Assembly (NCBI GenBank): GCA_002690085.1
Contig: NZDM01000069.1
Location: forward strand, 1-57,791
Reading direction: 5' to 3'
From: Flavobacteriaceae bacterium
GTDB taxonomy: Bacteria > Bacteroidota > Bacteroidia > Flavobacteriales > Flavobacteriaceae
Length of the DNA stretch: 57,791 nucleotides
Position 1 is the stretch's first letter. Every line of letters starts with the position of its first letter. Below are positions 46,217 to 56,417 of the stretch, piece by piece. Both the position numbers and the translations under genes were made by a program. The notes under the pieces were generated by a model. That model searched no databases, was not told where the DNA came from, and saw only the letters and a program-made list of their open reading frames with translations.

Positions 46217-47518
46217 TTATCTCTTTTTTCTTGTAAATCTCTCTATCGTTTTTAATAAACGTTTTGATGTTTTACGTGCTTTCTTTTTGCTAGTTTTACT
46301 ACGACCTCCAAACATAAACGGATTATCATGACCACCCTCCATTTTTGGTTTGGTAGCTTTTTGGACTGCTCTTGCTGCTTTGACCCCTTTATAACCTAAC
46401 TTAGCTGAATCCCAACCTAGCCCCAAACCATGTTTAGCAGCTGCAAGATAATTACCATCTGCAACTGCAGCCCCCATTTTAGCGCTACGTAAACCGGTTT
46501 TACCTAATTGTTTTCCATATTCTCCTGTCGCCATTGCAGCTTGTCCATATTTTGATGATTTTGCTTGATTTACCAAATCACTAGCTTGAGCCATTCCTTG
46601 ATTCATCATACTCCTAGCTTTATCAGCCATGCTAAATCCAGGAGGAGGCGGAGGTGTAGCTTCCATTTGATGAGAAGGTGGTTCATATGGTCTATTTTGT
46701 GAGGATTTTGAAATTGGTGGAGGTGCCATTACACGTGCAGTAGGCCCTGCATTTGGCATTGAAGGACCAGTTGATACATTTGATAATGCAGAACTTAAAT
46801 CATTATAAGATTCATTCATTTCTGAACCATATTTTTCTCCAATTGCCATAGTTTCTCTTCCAGTGTAAATGGCTTTTCCTGTTACATCACCCGATGCAGT
46901 AATAGTAGGAGCAATAAATCCTGATGCTATTGCATTAAACCATTTGCCTGCTGCTATAAAAAGATCTACTATACCTCCTACCATCGGTATTTCTGCAACA
47001 GCAGCACTCAAAGTATCTATAGTTGCATTTGTAGCTCCTCGTGCACTTTTAACACCAATATCATTAATAGTGATCCAAAACTTGTCTGTTAATTCATTAA
47101 CTGTAGGCTCAGCCATACTATAAACTGCTTTTAATGCCTCTCCATATACTTTAATAGCTCTCTCAACTGCTGCTCTAACTTTTTCATCTTGAACAGCATT
47201 AGCAACTAATTGACCGCTTTGATCTATATTATTTACAAGGTTTGGTGAAATCTCACTCCATGGTTTATTGACAAGATCTGGATTCCAATAATCTGCAATT
47301 ATACTATGTGGTATAAATGCATCTGCTGCTTTTACACTTCCTCTAACAAATGTATTTACAGAATCCAATAATTGAGCACCAGGACTACTAGGAGCAGTAA
47401 CTTCATTAAAATCTTGAGTTGGATTATTATTAATTCTACCTCCCTTTTGCTTGAAGCCTCCAAACAAAGTATTTGATAATTGGTTTAACTTATTAAATGT
47501 TTCTAACTGCTTCTGCAT
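46217..47518 (-). CDS. Hypothetical protein, probable virion component
   Basis: 433 aa; KQKGG near the N-terminus; MFGG plus basic tail at the C-terminus. Confidence 0.7.
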   Translation of the reverse strand: MQKQLETFNKLNQLSNTLFGGFKQKGGRINNNPTQDFNEVTAPSSPGAQLLDSVNTFVRGSVKAADAFIPHSIIADYWNPDLVNKPWSEISPNLVNNIDQSGQLVANAVQDEKVRAAVERAIKVYGEALKAVYSMAEPTVNELTDKFWITINDIGVKSARGATNATIDTLSAAVAEIPMVGGIVDLFIAAGKWFNAIASGFIAPTITASGDVTGKAIYTGRETMAIGEKYGSEMNESYNDLSSALSNVSTGPSMPNAGPTARVMAPPPISKSSQNRPYEPPSHQMEATPPPPPGFSMADKARSMMNQGMAQASDLVNQAKSSKYGQAAMATGEYGKQLGKTGLRSAKMGAAVADGNYLAAAKHGLGLGWDSAKLGYKGVKAARAVQKATKPKMEGGHDNPFMFGGRSKTSKKKARKTSKRLLKTIERFTRKKR

Positions 47519-47539
47519 ATGTATGTATTATAACGCTAT

Positions 47540-48319
47540 TTATTTTTCCTTCTTGTTTTCCTCACTATCTGTTGGCAAAACAACATTGCCCTCAACAGTT
47601 TTTTTTTGCATTGCTTTGAACTCTTCATAGGTAAAGCCTTTCGTATCGTTTGAATTATCTATATCATCTTCATCCTGTTTATCATAAACATCGTGCCAAT
47701 CTTTAATACTTCCTACACGCCTAAATCGGTTGCATTTTTCAGTAACAATCCTGTTTACGGTTGATTTACTCTTTTCACTTGCCTTATTGTAAGTCTTAAA
47801 ATTAGCAAATACATTTGTGTTTTTCTCTTCTGATTCATCTTCGTCCTTATCATCGTCTTCGTCTTCGTCTTTTTCATCAGATTGAAGATTTTCAACTGCT
47901 TTATCATATTCCTCCTTATAATTAACACAAATACTCCTTGCATCTTGCTCAATAGAGTAATGTTGTGCTACTGCATCCAATATCATAAAAGGAATATTTC
48001 TATCATCATGCCAAACGTCAAATGATTCTCTTTCATGATTGTAGCAAATAATTACATCTCCTTTTGGAGTCGTTTCACATATAAACGTTTTTTTCAACTT
48101 AGATAACTCTTCCTTATCAAGTTCGCGCTCTTCCAAATCACAAAAATCTTCATAATATTTTTGCTCATAAGGCAATTTATCTTCTTTTTTTGGGGGAGTA
48201 TAAACTAAAGTAGCTACTGCTACAAAACCTGCAAACAAACCTGTAACTAAAATACCAAAACCAGTAAAAAAAGCATCTAGTGTGCCGGGAACTATCTTAT
48301 CTCCTGTACAATTCATCAT
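47540..48319 (-). CDS. Hypothetical protein with an N-terminal TM anchor
   Basis: 259 aa, one TM helix, acidic region. Confidence 0.7.
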   Translation of the reverse strand: MMNCTGDKIVPGTLDAFFTGFGILVTGLFAGFVAVATLVYTPPKKEDKLPYEQKYYEDFCDLEERELDKEELSKLKKTFICETTPKGDVIICYNHERESFDVWHDDRNIPFMILDAVAQHYSIEQDARSICVNYKEEYDKAVENLQSDEKDEDEDDDKDEDESEEKNTNVFANFKTYNKASEKSKSTVNRIVTEKCNRFRRVGSIKDWHDVYDKQDEDDIDNSNDTKGFTYEEFKAMQKKTVEGNVVLPTDSEENKKEK

Positions 48320-48344
48320 ATTAAATTATAGTTGTAATATTTGT

Positions 48345-49106
48345 TTAAGCCTCTTCAACCTGTGTTTTTCTCAGGTTAAACAACATTTCGATTTCTTCAC
48401 TTAAATCAGGAACTTCAAACAATTTGTAGGTTTTTTGATTAGGATACAAACATACCAAGCATAGTTTTGTTACTTTTTTCTGGTAATTTCTCTCTAGAAT
48501 AGCTTTGTATGTATTAAGTTGTAGGGAATAATGCCAAAAGTTAGTATCAGGCAAGTGTTTAATACACTCTGTTGTTGAATACTCTTCATACTGCTTATTT
48601 CTTACAATACCCTTTGAACGCTTCCAATCGTAGATCATCAGCGAGCCATCTTCATTTTCATAAACCATGTCAATAGAGCCAGCTAGTTTGAGTGTCTTAT
48701 CCCACACAGTCCACTCTGTACGATATGGTTTAAATGGGTGGTCTTTCAAATATTCTTGAAATTGTTTATACTCTTCAGAATCATTACTGACTTCAAGGCC
48801 ATTATAATAGCACTCAATGTCATAGTGCATCTTAGTTCCTGCGGTTGCTGCTTCATCTCTATTTTTCTCCCAGCCTGCTTTTATTTGCTCTTTTGTTTGA
48901 CCAAAGTACTTACTATTTGGCCAATTTTTACTAGCCATCATGTTATCAATTATCTTGTCAGCATCAAAATGTTTGAAATGGCTGTGATTCCATGTAGTCA
49001 CGGAAGTATAATCACTATCACCATCGATAGTATAAGTATGAGTGGGTTCATCAAACAAGATGTGAGAATCACGAGGATGAGGGTTTTGCTTGGCAAGAGT
49101 ATCCAT
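48345..49106 (-). CDS. PD-(D/E)XK superfamily nuclease (RecB/lambda exonuclease-like)
   Basis: SVTT, GTKMH, RTE, AGSIDMV, IYDWKRS, YSLQLNTY; AAAATTGA on the minus strand at 49149-56. Confidence 0.88.
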   Translation of the reverse strand: MDTLAKQNPHPRDSHILFDEPTHTYTIDGDSDYTSVTTWNHSHFKHFDADKIIDNMMASKNWPNSKYFGQTKEQIKAGWEKNRDEAATAGTKMHYDIECYYNGLEVSNDSEEYKQFQEYLKDHPFKPYRTEWTVWDKTLKLAGSIDMVYENEDGSLMIYDWKRSKGIVRNKQYEEYSTTECIKHLPDTNFWHYSLQLNTYKAILERNYQKKVTKLCLVCLYPNQKTYKLFEVPDLSEEIEMLFNLRKTQVEEA

Positions 49107-49165
49107 TGTTTCGTTAGATATTACTCAATTCTAGAGAGAAATATCTATTCAATTTTATTAAATAA

Positions 49166-51901
49166 TTATGTGTTTTTGGTGAAAGTTAATTTAAGATATC
49201 CCCCACCACCGTTGCCTCCATCACCTCCTTTATCATCTACATAACTTGCTAAACCTCCACCTGGTCCTCCTCCACCTCCACCACCTAGTAAACCATTTCC
49301 TCCTGACACTGGTGTAAGAGTTGAGGCTAGAGTTGTAGGATCGAATGTACCTGAAGTAGCTCCACCAATACCACCATTTCCTCCAGTACCTAAACTACCC
49401 GACCCTCCTCCACCTCCACCTGCACCACCAAAAGGATAATAGCTAACAAAAATAGCTCCACTATCGCTTCCAGCGCCGCCTTGTCCAGCAGTGTTGCTTC
49501 CAGATGGACAAATACCATTAGCGCCAGCACCTCCCGCTCCCATTGGTGAAACTCTATGTGTAACATTAGATGGGTCAATGGTACCTATCCATCCATAACC
49601 ATTGGATGCGTCGGTGCCAGCTAAAGTTGTAGTACCAGATAATGGATCATATTGTGATAAAGGAATTGGATTGTTAGCTTCGTAGCCATCTGCCAATTCG
49701 TAGGGCGGAACAGTAGTGGAAAGGCCTAATTGTACCAAGTCATTAGTATTAAATCCTAATGTTGTACCATTGTTATTTGGATCGTTTGCACCACCACCTC
49801 CTCCACCACCTCCTCTATAATTATTGCCTGAGGAAGACTCTGTTTGCGGATTTCCCCCTATTATTGTTTGATATGCATCGCCTCCAGAATATGAAAGGCC
49901 GCCTCGGCCACCACCAAGACCACCATTTGCTGTTAAAGTGGTAGACTGGGAAGACGTGTTAATTTCAAGTGAAGAGGATACTCCTTGATATCCAGTTTCA
50001 GGAAATACAGAAGTGTTACTACCATCAAATACACCTCCACTTCCGCCCAAACCTCCATTTCCCAATGTAAACGTAAATGTATCACCAGAGTTTATAATGC
50101 TACTACTTGCTGTTTCAATAAATCCACTATTACCTCCGGCACCACCTCCTCCTCCGTTTAGTCCTGTATTTGGCGCTCCTCCGCCTCCACCTCCACCTCC
50201 ACCAGATAATTCCGCAGTCATTGACCAATTAGTATCACTATAATAGGGAAATGTATAGGTTTGTGAAGTATTACCATAGTGTAAATTATCAAAAAATAAT
50301 TCTACAGTAGATGGAATAGTTCCGGATGATTGGTATAAAAAATAAAAAGAAGTATTGGATGGCGATTCATATCTTGGCGTGAGGTTACTAGTATCAACAA
50401 TATAGATATTTTGATTACTACTATTATATCCAATACCTACGGTAATATCAATATAATCGCCGTTTGAGTTTGTAAAATAATCTATAAAATTACTGCATAA
50501 TTTTATTGCGTCAGCTTCAAGTTTTGCAAGTTCATTTTCACCTTGCGTGTTTGTGGGAATTACAGATAAGTCATTAACAAACCAAGGCATATTATGTCGA
50601 TTAAATATATTTTGTTGAAGATTATTGTAGGAGTTTTGATCACTATGAGTATATTGAGTATCTTCAGGACGTAAATACCAAAAAATCCATACCGCTCCTT
50701 TGGAACCATTATTTCCTGGTTTTTTTTCGCCGTCTCCATCTCCTCCCTGCCCTCCTGAACCACCAGTACCTGCTGTCGTTGGTATAACTGTCCAAGGTGA
50801 AACTGCATTTCCATCAGTATCTGTTCCAAATGCTTGTGATCCATGATTTACACTATTTGGATAACCACCTACACCTTGTAAAGGCAACCAAATTAAATTG
50901 TCACCATTGTATGAAAACGTAGTTAAAGTACCTCCACTTCCGCCTTGTGGATGTCCAGTATTCTTATTTTGTCTTGGAGATCCATCGCTACCATTTACAT
51001 TACTCGTCCCGGAACCTGTACTAGTGCCATTTACATAATATCCGTCGCCATTAGTTATTGTATTTTGATATTGTACGCCAATGTTACCTTGTCCGCTGTT
51101 AGGTCCACTATTTACAATAGTAAAGTCATATATATCTTTCAATAAGCCTGTCATTGTAATTTGTTTGGTACTATCATAGCCGCCAGCATATCCACCATAA
51201 CCACAGCCTCTTGTTCTCGTAGTAATTGTATTTGATCCAGGAGAGTGGTTTCCGTCCTGTCCACCAAATCCCCCTTGGCCTCCCGGGACTGATATGCTTA
51301 GAACCATATTATCTTGTAAATCATTCAATGTAATTTGTGTTGTACCACCAACACCACCATTTAATCCATTTGATCTACCTTCTACGTTTCCTGCGCTTCC
51401 CCCAGCTCCAATTGAAATTGTTATACTTTTTACATTTGTATTACCAACATTATTCTTTAAAGGTATATAATTAGAGACAAAAACAGCACCATTTCCACCA
51501 CCACCTCCACCACCCCCGGTACTTTTGTGATCAGCTGATCCTCCTCCTCCTCCACCGCCACCCCCACCTCCTACTGCAATTATTCTACATCCCCAATAAT
51601 TACTTTCAGAAATATTTGTTATATTATTACTTACATCGTATGAATAATCATATATTGTAACGGTTGTATTATTGTCATAGTGAGTAAAATAAGCATTTGC
51701 TCCACCAAACTCAGTTGATGCTGAATTATTATATATACCACCTGTTGTTTGCTTTAACCAAGTAGCATTATATGAAGGTGTGCCAATTGGTAAACCTGTT
51801 GAATTATTAGATAAATAACCTGTTTGAGAACTCGCTGGTTGACCAGCAATAATATTAGACGAAGGCAGTTGTACTTCACGGATTTTATATAGATTACTCA
51901 T
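49166..51901 (-). CDS. Glycine-rich fibre/structural protein
   Basis: Two glycine-rich domains (AVGGGGGGG..GGNGAVF..ISIGAGG; LSGGGGGGG..GGNSGFI..TLGNGG), each ending in a G-x-x-G-x-V/L-type motif. Confidence 0.75.
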   Translation of the reverse strand: MSNLYKIREVQLPSSNIIAGQPASSQTGYLSNNSTGLPIGTPSYNATWLKQTTGGIYNNSASTEFGGANAYFTHYDNNTTVTIYDYSYDVSNNITNISESNYWGCRIIAVGGGGGGGGGGGSADHKSTGGGGGGGGNGAVFVSNYIPLKNNVGNTNVKSITISIGAGGSAGNVEGRSNGLNGGVGGTTQITLNDLQDNMVLSISVPGGQGGFGGQDGNHSPGSNTITTRTRGCGYGGYAGGYDSTKQITMTGLLKDIYDFTIVNSGPNSGQGNIGVQYQNTITNGDGYYVNGTSTGSGTSNVNGSDGSPRQNKNTGHPQGGSGGTLTTFSYNGDNLIWLPLQGVGGYPNSVNHGSQAFGTDTDGNAVSPWTVIPTTAGTGGSGGQGGDGDGEKKPGNNGSKGAVWIFWYLRPEDTQYTHSDQNSYNNLQQNIFNRHNMPWFVNDLSVIPTNTQGENELAKLEADAIKLCSNFIDYFTNSNGDYIDITVGIGYNSSNQNIYIVDTSNLTPRYESPSNTSFYFLYQSSGTIPSTVELFFDNLHYGNTSQTYTFPYYSDTNWSMTAELSGGGGGGGGGAPNTGLNGGGGGAGGNSGFIETASSSIINSGDTFTFTLGNGGLGGSGGVFDGSNTSVFPETGYQGVSSSLEINTSSQSTTLTANGGLGGGRGGLSYSGGDAYQTIIGGNPQTESSSGNNYRGGGGGGGGANDPNNNGTTLGFNTNDLVQLGLSTTVPPYELADGYEANNPIPLSQYDPLSGTTTLAGTDASNGYGWIGTIDPSNVTHRVSPMGAGGAGANGICPSGSNTAGQGGAGSDSGAIFVSYYPFGGAGGGGGGSGSLGTGGNGGIGGATSGTFDPTTLASTLTPVSGGNGLLGGGGGGGPGGGLASYVDDKGGDGGNGGGGYLKLTFTKNT

Positions 51902-51919
51902 TCTCTATACAAAATACTA

Positions 51920-54900
51920 TTATTTATTCTCCAATTGTTCAACACGCTTTTTCAAATCTTTTACAGCTTCAATTAACACTCCTATAATTTCCATATAAGC
52001 AACAGATTTATTGCCTTCTTCACCTGATACCATATCAGGAAATATTTTGTCAATTTCTTGTGCTACAACACCATGATGCGTCTTTTTACTTTCATCTGCT
52101 TTTAGATTATAGGTAACGCCTCTGAGTTCGTCAATTGATTCTAAAGCACCACTAATTGTTTGAATATTTTCTTTCTTTGCTTCATCAGATGTAGCATTAA
52201 ATGTTGTTGCTTGAACTTGAGTATATGGAGATTTAGGTTGAATTGTGGTACTATTACTTTCTTCCCAATTACTACCATTTTTACTTACATGATTTTTAAC
52301 ATAGCTTACATCAGTCATATAGTAATTTTCTGCATCCTCTTGTATATAAGTACCTGTTACATAACCGCCTGCTGCAGCTACTAATCCATTATTTATTACA
52401 GAAGACCCGTCTGCAATATAATCATCAGTTGGAAATCTAAAAACTGAAAATCCTGGTTTTAAACTTCGCCACACATGATCACTCACATCTGCAAAACTTG
52501 GAAAACCATTAAACGCAGCACCATCCCATGGATCAGTCAAATACACCTTACATTTAGGTTGAATACTGCTACTAGTATATTTCGTTAAGCCAGCAGGTAT
52601 TGCATTTATATAAACATGATTTCTAGTATCAATTTGAATTGCTGGATTTTCACCCAGTGTAGCACTACCGCTGCCACTGGCGCCACTATTATCATAAACA
52701 TCTATTCTAAGAAATCCATTTTGGCCTTGTTGATCTTGAAGAGTTTCGGAATCTCCTGCATTCCAACATTGAATTGATGCTGCTCTATGCATACCAATAT
52801 TTGTCCCACCATTAGCGTACCCATTAAAATTGATTTCGCCAATTATACCAGTTTTATTGGTGGATGGAGTTGCTCCGTTTGATCTTTGTATGGAAAGTTT
52901 GGCGATTGACTCTTGACCCGTATTGTGAAAGTCTTGATCCGGAATATCTGTAAAATCATTTATCATTAACACCGGGCCTGAACCGGCGGTTCTTTCAATT
53001 TTTGTTGAAGGGTTACTTGAAGCCTCATAAGTCATAAATGGTACCAATTCCTTTCCATCATTAGAACCACAAAACTCAACATTACCTATACTATATGTAC
53101 CTGTTACTGGATTACTTGAATCATCTAGCCAGAATGTACCATCTGGAGCATTTATTATATTACCAGTAGAGTGACTTGCATCAGTAATATATGTTCTAAT
53201 GCCGCCTAAGAAAGAGACACCGCTTGGATCACTACCGCTTGGATCACTATAATGATCTCCAAATAAAATCTGCGAAGGAAATAAACTACTATTATTTTTA
53301 CACCTGTTACCAACTAAACTAATAACAGCATCATTATTTGGATTGGACGGATTAATTACAATACCTGGATATTGATACATTGAGTACGGGTATGCAAACA
53401 CATTAGTGTCACTGGAATACTCGTGTGCTGTGTTTGGTGAATGTAATGCTCTAATTGTTTTATCAAAGTTAGACGTTGCTATAACATTAAAAATTACAGT
53501 TTCGGAGATATTGGTCGTGTCACAACTTTTGTTATCAAATAATCCCCAAAGAATATCTTCTCCATGACACGTTTTTGTAAAGGTATCTGTAACACTAATG
53601 CTAGATGCTTCTACGTTACCGCTAATATCTCCAGCAATTATTGTATCATCTATGACAACATTACCAGGAATATAAACATTATTTTCAGGAGGGGGATTTT
53701 TTGGTTGTATCCATCCACCTACGTTAATATTACCTGTTGCTGCTGCTGATGTTGCGTTATTCTCCACAGTATCCCAAAAAAGTTTACTCTTTACATAATC
53801 AACTGTTGGAATGGCATTCGATTGAGCATCTAATATAAGGTTGTAGGCGTTATTACTTATATCGGTGTCTATCTTAGCGATAGCTGCATTATTACCACTA
53901 GGATCTGTTAAAAAGTCAATTCTATTTTTACCACCCCCAGATACATCAGTTGATAATCGTACAAGTGCGTTACCATATAATGTGATGCTCTTATTAGCAT
54001 GTGAGGTAAGTTTACCCGTTCCAAATTGACCAGAGGCATCATAGCCTCTGAATTGTATTTGACCAGTTACATCATCGTCCTCCAGAGCACCTTGAGGTCC
54101 CCTGGTTCTTAAAAAAATTAAACTTCCCTGTGAAGTTTTTGGATTAGTATGTTGTAATAGTAATGCTGAATCTTGACCATCATATCTTGCATGCTGAAAT
54201 GTACTAATTAATTCAGGACTACCATTATTATTATAAGAATAATCATAAATATTTGCTTTTATACTTTTGTAGTTTATACCTTGGACGTTGGCATCATTTC
54301 CATAACTAGGCGCGCTTATGTTTAATGCAGAATGTCCATTTATCCATTGATCAGAGTTATCAAGTGTATAACCTGTGCCAAGTGAAATACCGCCACTAAT
54401 ATCTACATCTCCATAAAAATAACTATTATTTGCCACAAATAAATATCCTTTTTTGTTGCTAGCAGATTCTTTATCTTCTAATTCAGTTTTAAGGTCAGGT
54501 ACCGAATTATTAATATCATTAAAGAAAGGATAATCCTTCCCCCCTAATCCATTACCCATTATTGCAGCACTCTCTCCTACAAAAATATCATCAACTAGAT
54601 ATTTTTCAATTTGGACCCCTGATCCATCTACTACTATATCTCCTTTCACATATAATTGAGCATTTTTACTACCTGATACTAAGTAATCTAATTTTTTTTG
54701 GGTTAAGTCTTGACCATTAATACCCATAAATACTCTATTACTAGGATCAACAACAACAGCAGTTTTTCCTGTTGCAATTTGTGAACTTGAATCACCTTTA
54801 ATATAATCATATATACCACCACTTGAATCTGATACAGTTAAAACTAAGTTTTCATTTGGAGCACCAAACATCCCAAATGCATTTATTTTTACTGTAGGAT

Positions 54901-55294
54901 CCTGAATATTGTTTTTATTTCTTTGAGATGCATGAGCAATGACACCATTTGGCTGACCATCTCCAGAATCGGTAAAGTTATTATAAAATGAAAGTGGTTG
55001 AATAAACTGCTCCAAAGTATTGTTGTTTGCGTCTTTGTACTCTTTTAATTTACCTCCTCCTTGGAATCGAATCATTTCTGCAGAAACAGTTAATGCCGAA
55101 TATTTCGAAGAATTGTAATTTTTTCCTTCAACACCTTCTGTTGTTGAAGAAAAGTTAGTACCTTGAATAAGAGAAACTCTTAAATCTGATATATGAGATT
55201 TATTGAATGTCGCTGTTTTGGCAGTTTTTGCAGTATTTACTATTTGAGTTCCTGATGAAGCTGCTTGTTTCCATTTTTGTCTTTGTCCGGACAT
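51920..55294 (-). CDS. Fibre/spike protein with a C-terminal peptidase S74 intramolecular chaperone
   Basis: C-terminal TSDEAKKENI..LRGVTY..GVVAQEI..SVAY..LIEAVKDL coiled coil. Confidence 0.85.
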   Translation of the reverse strand: MSGQRQKWKQAASSGTQIVNTAKTAKTATFNKSHISDLRVSLIQGTNFSSTTEGVEGKNYNSSKYSALTVSAEMIRFQGGGKLKEYKDANNNTLEQFIQPLSFYNNFTDSGDGQPNGVIAHASQRNKNNIQDPTVKINAFGMFGAPNENLVLTVSDSSGGIYDYIKGDSSSQIATGKTAVVVDPSNRVFMGINGQDLTQKKLDYLVSGSKNAQLYVKGDIVVDGSGVQIEKYLVDDIFVGESAAIMGNGLGGKDYPFFNDINNSVPDLKTELEDKESASNKKGYLFVANNSYFYGDVDISGGISLGTGYTLDNSDQWINGHSALNISAPSYGNDANVQGINYKSIKANIYDYSYNNNGSPELISTFQHARYDGQDSALLLQHTNPKTSQGSLIFLRTRGPQGALEDDDVTGQIQFRGYDASGQFGTGKLTSHANKSITLYGNALVRLSTDVSGGGKNRIDFLTDPSGNNAAIAKIDTDISNNAYNLILDAQSNAIPTVDYVKSKLFWDTVENNATSAAATGNINVGGWIQPKNPPPENNVYIPGNVVIDDTIIAGDISGNVEASSISVTDTFTKTCHGEDILWGLFDNKSCDTTNISETVIFNVIATSNFDKTIRALHSPNTAHEYSSDTNVFAYPYSMYQYPGIVINPSNPNNDAVISLVGNRCKNNSSLFPSQILFGDHYSDPSGSDPSGVSFLGGIRTYITDASHSTGNIINAPDGTFWLDDSSNPVTGTYSIGNVEFCGSNDGKELVPFMTYEASSNPSTKIERTAGSGPVLMINDFTDIPDQDFHNTGQESIAKLSIQRSNGATPSTNKTGIIGEINFNGYANGGTNIGMHRAASIQCWNAGDSETLQDQQGQNGFLRIDVYDNSGASGSGSATLGENPAIQIDTRNHVYINAIPAGLTKYTSSSIQPKCKVYLTDPWDGAAFNGFPSFADVSDHVWRSLKPGFSVFRFPTDDYIADGSSVINNGLVAAAGGYVTGTYIQEDAENYYMTDVSYVKNHVSKNGSNWEESNSTTIQPKSPYTQVQATTFNATSDEAKKENIQTISGALESIDELRGVTYNLKADESKKTHHGVVAQEIDKIFPDMVSGEEGNKSVAYMEIIGVLIEAVKDLKKRVEQLENK

Positions 55295-55409
55295 TTAATA
55301 TATCTATACAAATTAATAAAAATATTATGTAGAACGAAATCATAATTATTTTATTACCTACATATGTAGGTAGCAATAAACTTATTTTATTATCTTTAGT
55401 ATATGTATA

Positions 55410-55823
55410 ATGGGGTACGCGGTTGAATTGTCTTTTGATATCTCTAAATCGGGATCTTTTACTGCTAAGCAAGAGCTTATCGCAATAAAAGCCCGTGAGT
55501 ATAACTCTTCTACACAATATTCTATGCATGAAATTGAAGGATATGGCAGAAAAACAACAAGAAACGAATCTATTAATGTTGTCATGTTTGAAGATAATGA
55601 TTTTGATAGTATGCTTGATTTCATTGGAGAGATTAGAAAAGAGAAGATCTCAAGTATAGATTGTATTTATACAGACGAGATATCGTGTAATTTGCTTTAT
55701 GCATCCCCTAAGTATTTGCGCAGATTAGATAAACCATCCTCATTGGAAATAAGAAGATCCATGAAAAAAACAGAAGATGAATCGATATTAGCTGTTAGGG
55801 AAGCGCTAAGATTAAACTGTTGA
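55410..55823 (+). CDS. Hypothetical protein
   Basis: 137-aa ORF. Confidence 0.7.
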   Translation: MGYAVELSFDISKSGSFTAKQELIAIKAREYNSSTQYSMHEIEGYGRKTTRNESINVVMFEDNDFDSMLDFIGEIRKEKISSIDCIYTDEISCNLLYASPKYLRRLDKPSSLEIRRSMKKTEDESILAVREALRLNC

Positions 55824-55838
55824 ATATAAATGTAACGT

Positions 55839-55869
55839 TGCAATTATTTATAAATTACAAATAATTGCA
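55839..55869. terminator. Hairpin between convergent genes
   Basis: TGCAATTATTT/AAATAATTGCA, 11-bp stem. Confidence 0.65.
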
Positions 55870-56265
55870 TTATTTTCGAGTATAAGCTGGGGTTTTGGTA
55901 ATTGTTGGGATAGAATTACTATCTTTTTTTGGACTTTTCCTTTTACTTCTAGTTTTTCTAGAAGAACTAGATTTAGGTCTTCTACGTCGTGATCTAGACT
56001 TTTTGGATGGTGTTTGTTGTTTTACAACAACAGTTTGTCCAAAGTCTGCTTGTAATCTCTCTTCAATCGGTCTAGGATCTGCTCTTCTTGAAAGTAATTC
56101 CATAATTTCATCATTGGTCATTGACATAATAACCAATTGGTTGTTTTTAACTCCTGCCATATTAAACTCTTCGCCATCATACTCCATTTCAAAGTAGGCT
56201 TTATCAACAATTTTATCATCATTAGTCACTTTATAAGCGGCGATACCCTCGATTATTGTGCTCAT
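55870..56265 (-). CDS. Hypothetical protein with an Arg/Ser/Lys-rich tail
   Basis: 131-aa ORF. Confidence 0.65.
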   Translation of the reverse strand: MSTIIEGIAAYKVTNDDKIVDKAYFEMEYDGEEFNMAGVKNNQLVIMSMTNDEIMELLSRRADPRPIEERLQADFGQTVVVKQQTPSKKSRSRRRRPKSSSSRKTRSKRKSPKKDSNSIPTITKTPAYTRK

Positions 56266-56417
56266 CTATTATATCACGATATAATATTACCTTATGCCTG
56301 ATCGTAAAGAAGCGTCACCACTTGATAAGTTTTATAGTGAAGATTTTATGAAGGATTACTTTTCTTTAGTGAAACCAAAATCTAAATGATCTTATCTATC
56401 TATATACGACAGATAAG

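Noticed and set aside
48738-49244. 168-aa plus-strand ORF
   Set aside because: Antisense to the nuclease and fibre genes.
56294-56389. 31-aa ORF upstream of Pol X
   Set aside because: Too short to support without homology or expression data.
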